DNA of 64,000 nucleotides, from NCBI GenBank assembly GCA_016788495.1, contig JAEUOM010000030.1, forward strand, positions 2,959 to 66,958, in the 5' to 3' direction. The translations under genes were made by a program, and so were the position numbers. Shown here piece by piece: positions 63,148-64,000 of the stretch (the stretch's first letter is position 1; the number at the start of each line of letters is the position of its first letter). This DNA comes from Accumulibacter sp. (GTDB lineage: Bacteria; Pseudomonadota; Gammaproteobacteria; Burkholderiales; Rhodocyclaceae). Under the pieces are notes generated by a model. That model made no database searches. It worked only from the letters and a program-made list of their open reading frames with translations, and was not told the DNA's origin.

Positions 63148-63963
63148 ATGAACGCGGGGCAAGAGGCGGTGGAAGACCGCGTCTTGATGATCGTTCCGAC
63201 GCTCGGCCGCCGGATCGACCTGCTGCGGCGCACGCTGGAATCGCTGCACACTGGGCAAGGGGTGGGGGTCGATGCGGTGCTGGTTACCCCCAAGGCTGGC
63301 CTCGCGATGCGCGAACTCGCCAGCCACTTCGGCGCGAAGGTGACCGAGACGCCCGGCCACATCTCAGCCGCCGTCAACCACGGATTGACCGTCGCTGGTC
63401 CACAACACCGATTCGCCGGCTGGATCGGCGACGACGATCTGCTCAGGCCCGGCGCATTGGCCCGCGCGGTCGCTGTGCTGCGGCGCGACACGACGGCGAG
63501 CGCGGCGTTCGGGGCTTGCGACTACATCGACGTGGCAGGCGCCACGATGTTCACGCGCCGCCCGCCGCCGCTGGCGCCATGGCTGATGCACTTGGTGCCC
63601 GGCGTCGTCAAGCAGGAAGCTACGCTGTTCCGCCTGACCGCTCTGCGCGAGATCGGCGGCCTGGACGAGTCGCTGCGCTTCGCGATGGACCTGGACCTGA
63701 TGCTGCGCCTGCAATCCGTCGGACCCATGCGCCGCGTCGAGGCCACACTGGGGGCCTTCTGCTGGCATCCGGGATCGATCACGATCGTCAACCGAGAAGC
63801 CTCGCTGGTCGAAGCCCAAGCGATCCAGCGTCGCCACGCGCCGACTTGGCTCAGGCCGGTGTTTCCACTGCTGCAGTGGTCAATCGGCGTGCTGCTGCGG
63901 CGCATGGCCGCACGCATCAACGCGCGCTGGCTGCCCGACGCAGCCGAAGATGCGCGTGGCTGA
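63148..63963 (+). CDS. Glycosyltransferase family 2
   Basis: IVPTLGR, AAVNHG, WIGDDD, IGGLDESLRFAMDLDLMLRL. Confidence 0.9.
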   Translation: MNAGQEAVEDRVLMIVPTLGRRIDLLRRTLESLHTGQGVGVDAVLVTPKAGLAMRELASHFGAKVTETPGHISAAVNHGLTVAGPQHRFAGWIGDDDLLRPGALARAVAVLRRDTTASAAFGACDYIDVAGATMFTRRPPPLAPWLMHLVPGVVKQEATLFRLTALREIGGLDESLRFAMDLDLMLRLQSVGPMRRVEATLGAFCWHPGSITIVNREASLVEAQAIQRRHAPTWLRPVFPLLQWSIGVLLRRMAARINARWLPDAAEDARG

Positions 63964-64000
63964 GCGCGATCTACAGTCGGTGGCGGGCGCGATGCCGGTC

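Noticed and set aside
62060-63151. 363-aa ORF as a functional gene
   Set aside because: Chance open frame through pseudogene fragments and MITE B
1-64000. Many long antisense or alternate-frame ORFs (e.g. 58679-61099, 16920-18671, 7420-8970)
   Set aside because: Shadows of real genes, expected at high GC; Arg/Ala/Pro-rich with no motifs
1-64000. CRISPR arrays, tRNA or rRNA genes, intact transposases or integrases
   Set aside because: No regularly spaced repeats, cloverleaf signatures or DDE/tyrosine-recombinase ORFs seen by eye

Overview
High-GC (roughly two-thirds G+C) betaproteobacterial chromosome segment. Gene content and synteny (yicC-kinase-phosphatase-rph-rdgB-hemW, thiS-thiG-trmB, aceK/icd, fdxA-trxA-rho-rpmE-ArnT-like, orn-M48-phhB-rsgA) point to Rhodocyclaceae, plausibly Candidatus Accumulibacter (inference). 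There are about 60 CDS, mostly housekeeping, and no rRNA, tRNA, CRISPR array or intact transposase was seen. The best candidate for an undescribed system is an 8-gene cluster at 52672-60763. It combines a complete wax-ester pathway (two-domain fatty acyl-CoA reductase, WS/DGAT, acyl-CoA-binding protein) with PHA-granule-type accessory genes (PhaF-like phasin, PHA-granule-region protein, PhaD-like TetR, patatin lipase, TPR protein) but no PHA synthase. Features not evident from the ORF track: an in-frame amber stop splitting a duplicated C-terminal motif in an ankyrin gene, two different MITE-like elements, a 45-aa membrane microprotein, an eroded nucleotide-sugar dehydrogenase pseudogene, a DUF2441/ADP-ribosyltransferase-like gene beside proQ, and an effector-less STAND-FGE protein. 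Product calls come from motif recognition by eye, not database searches; start codons were chosen manually.
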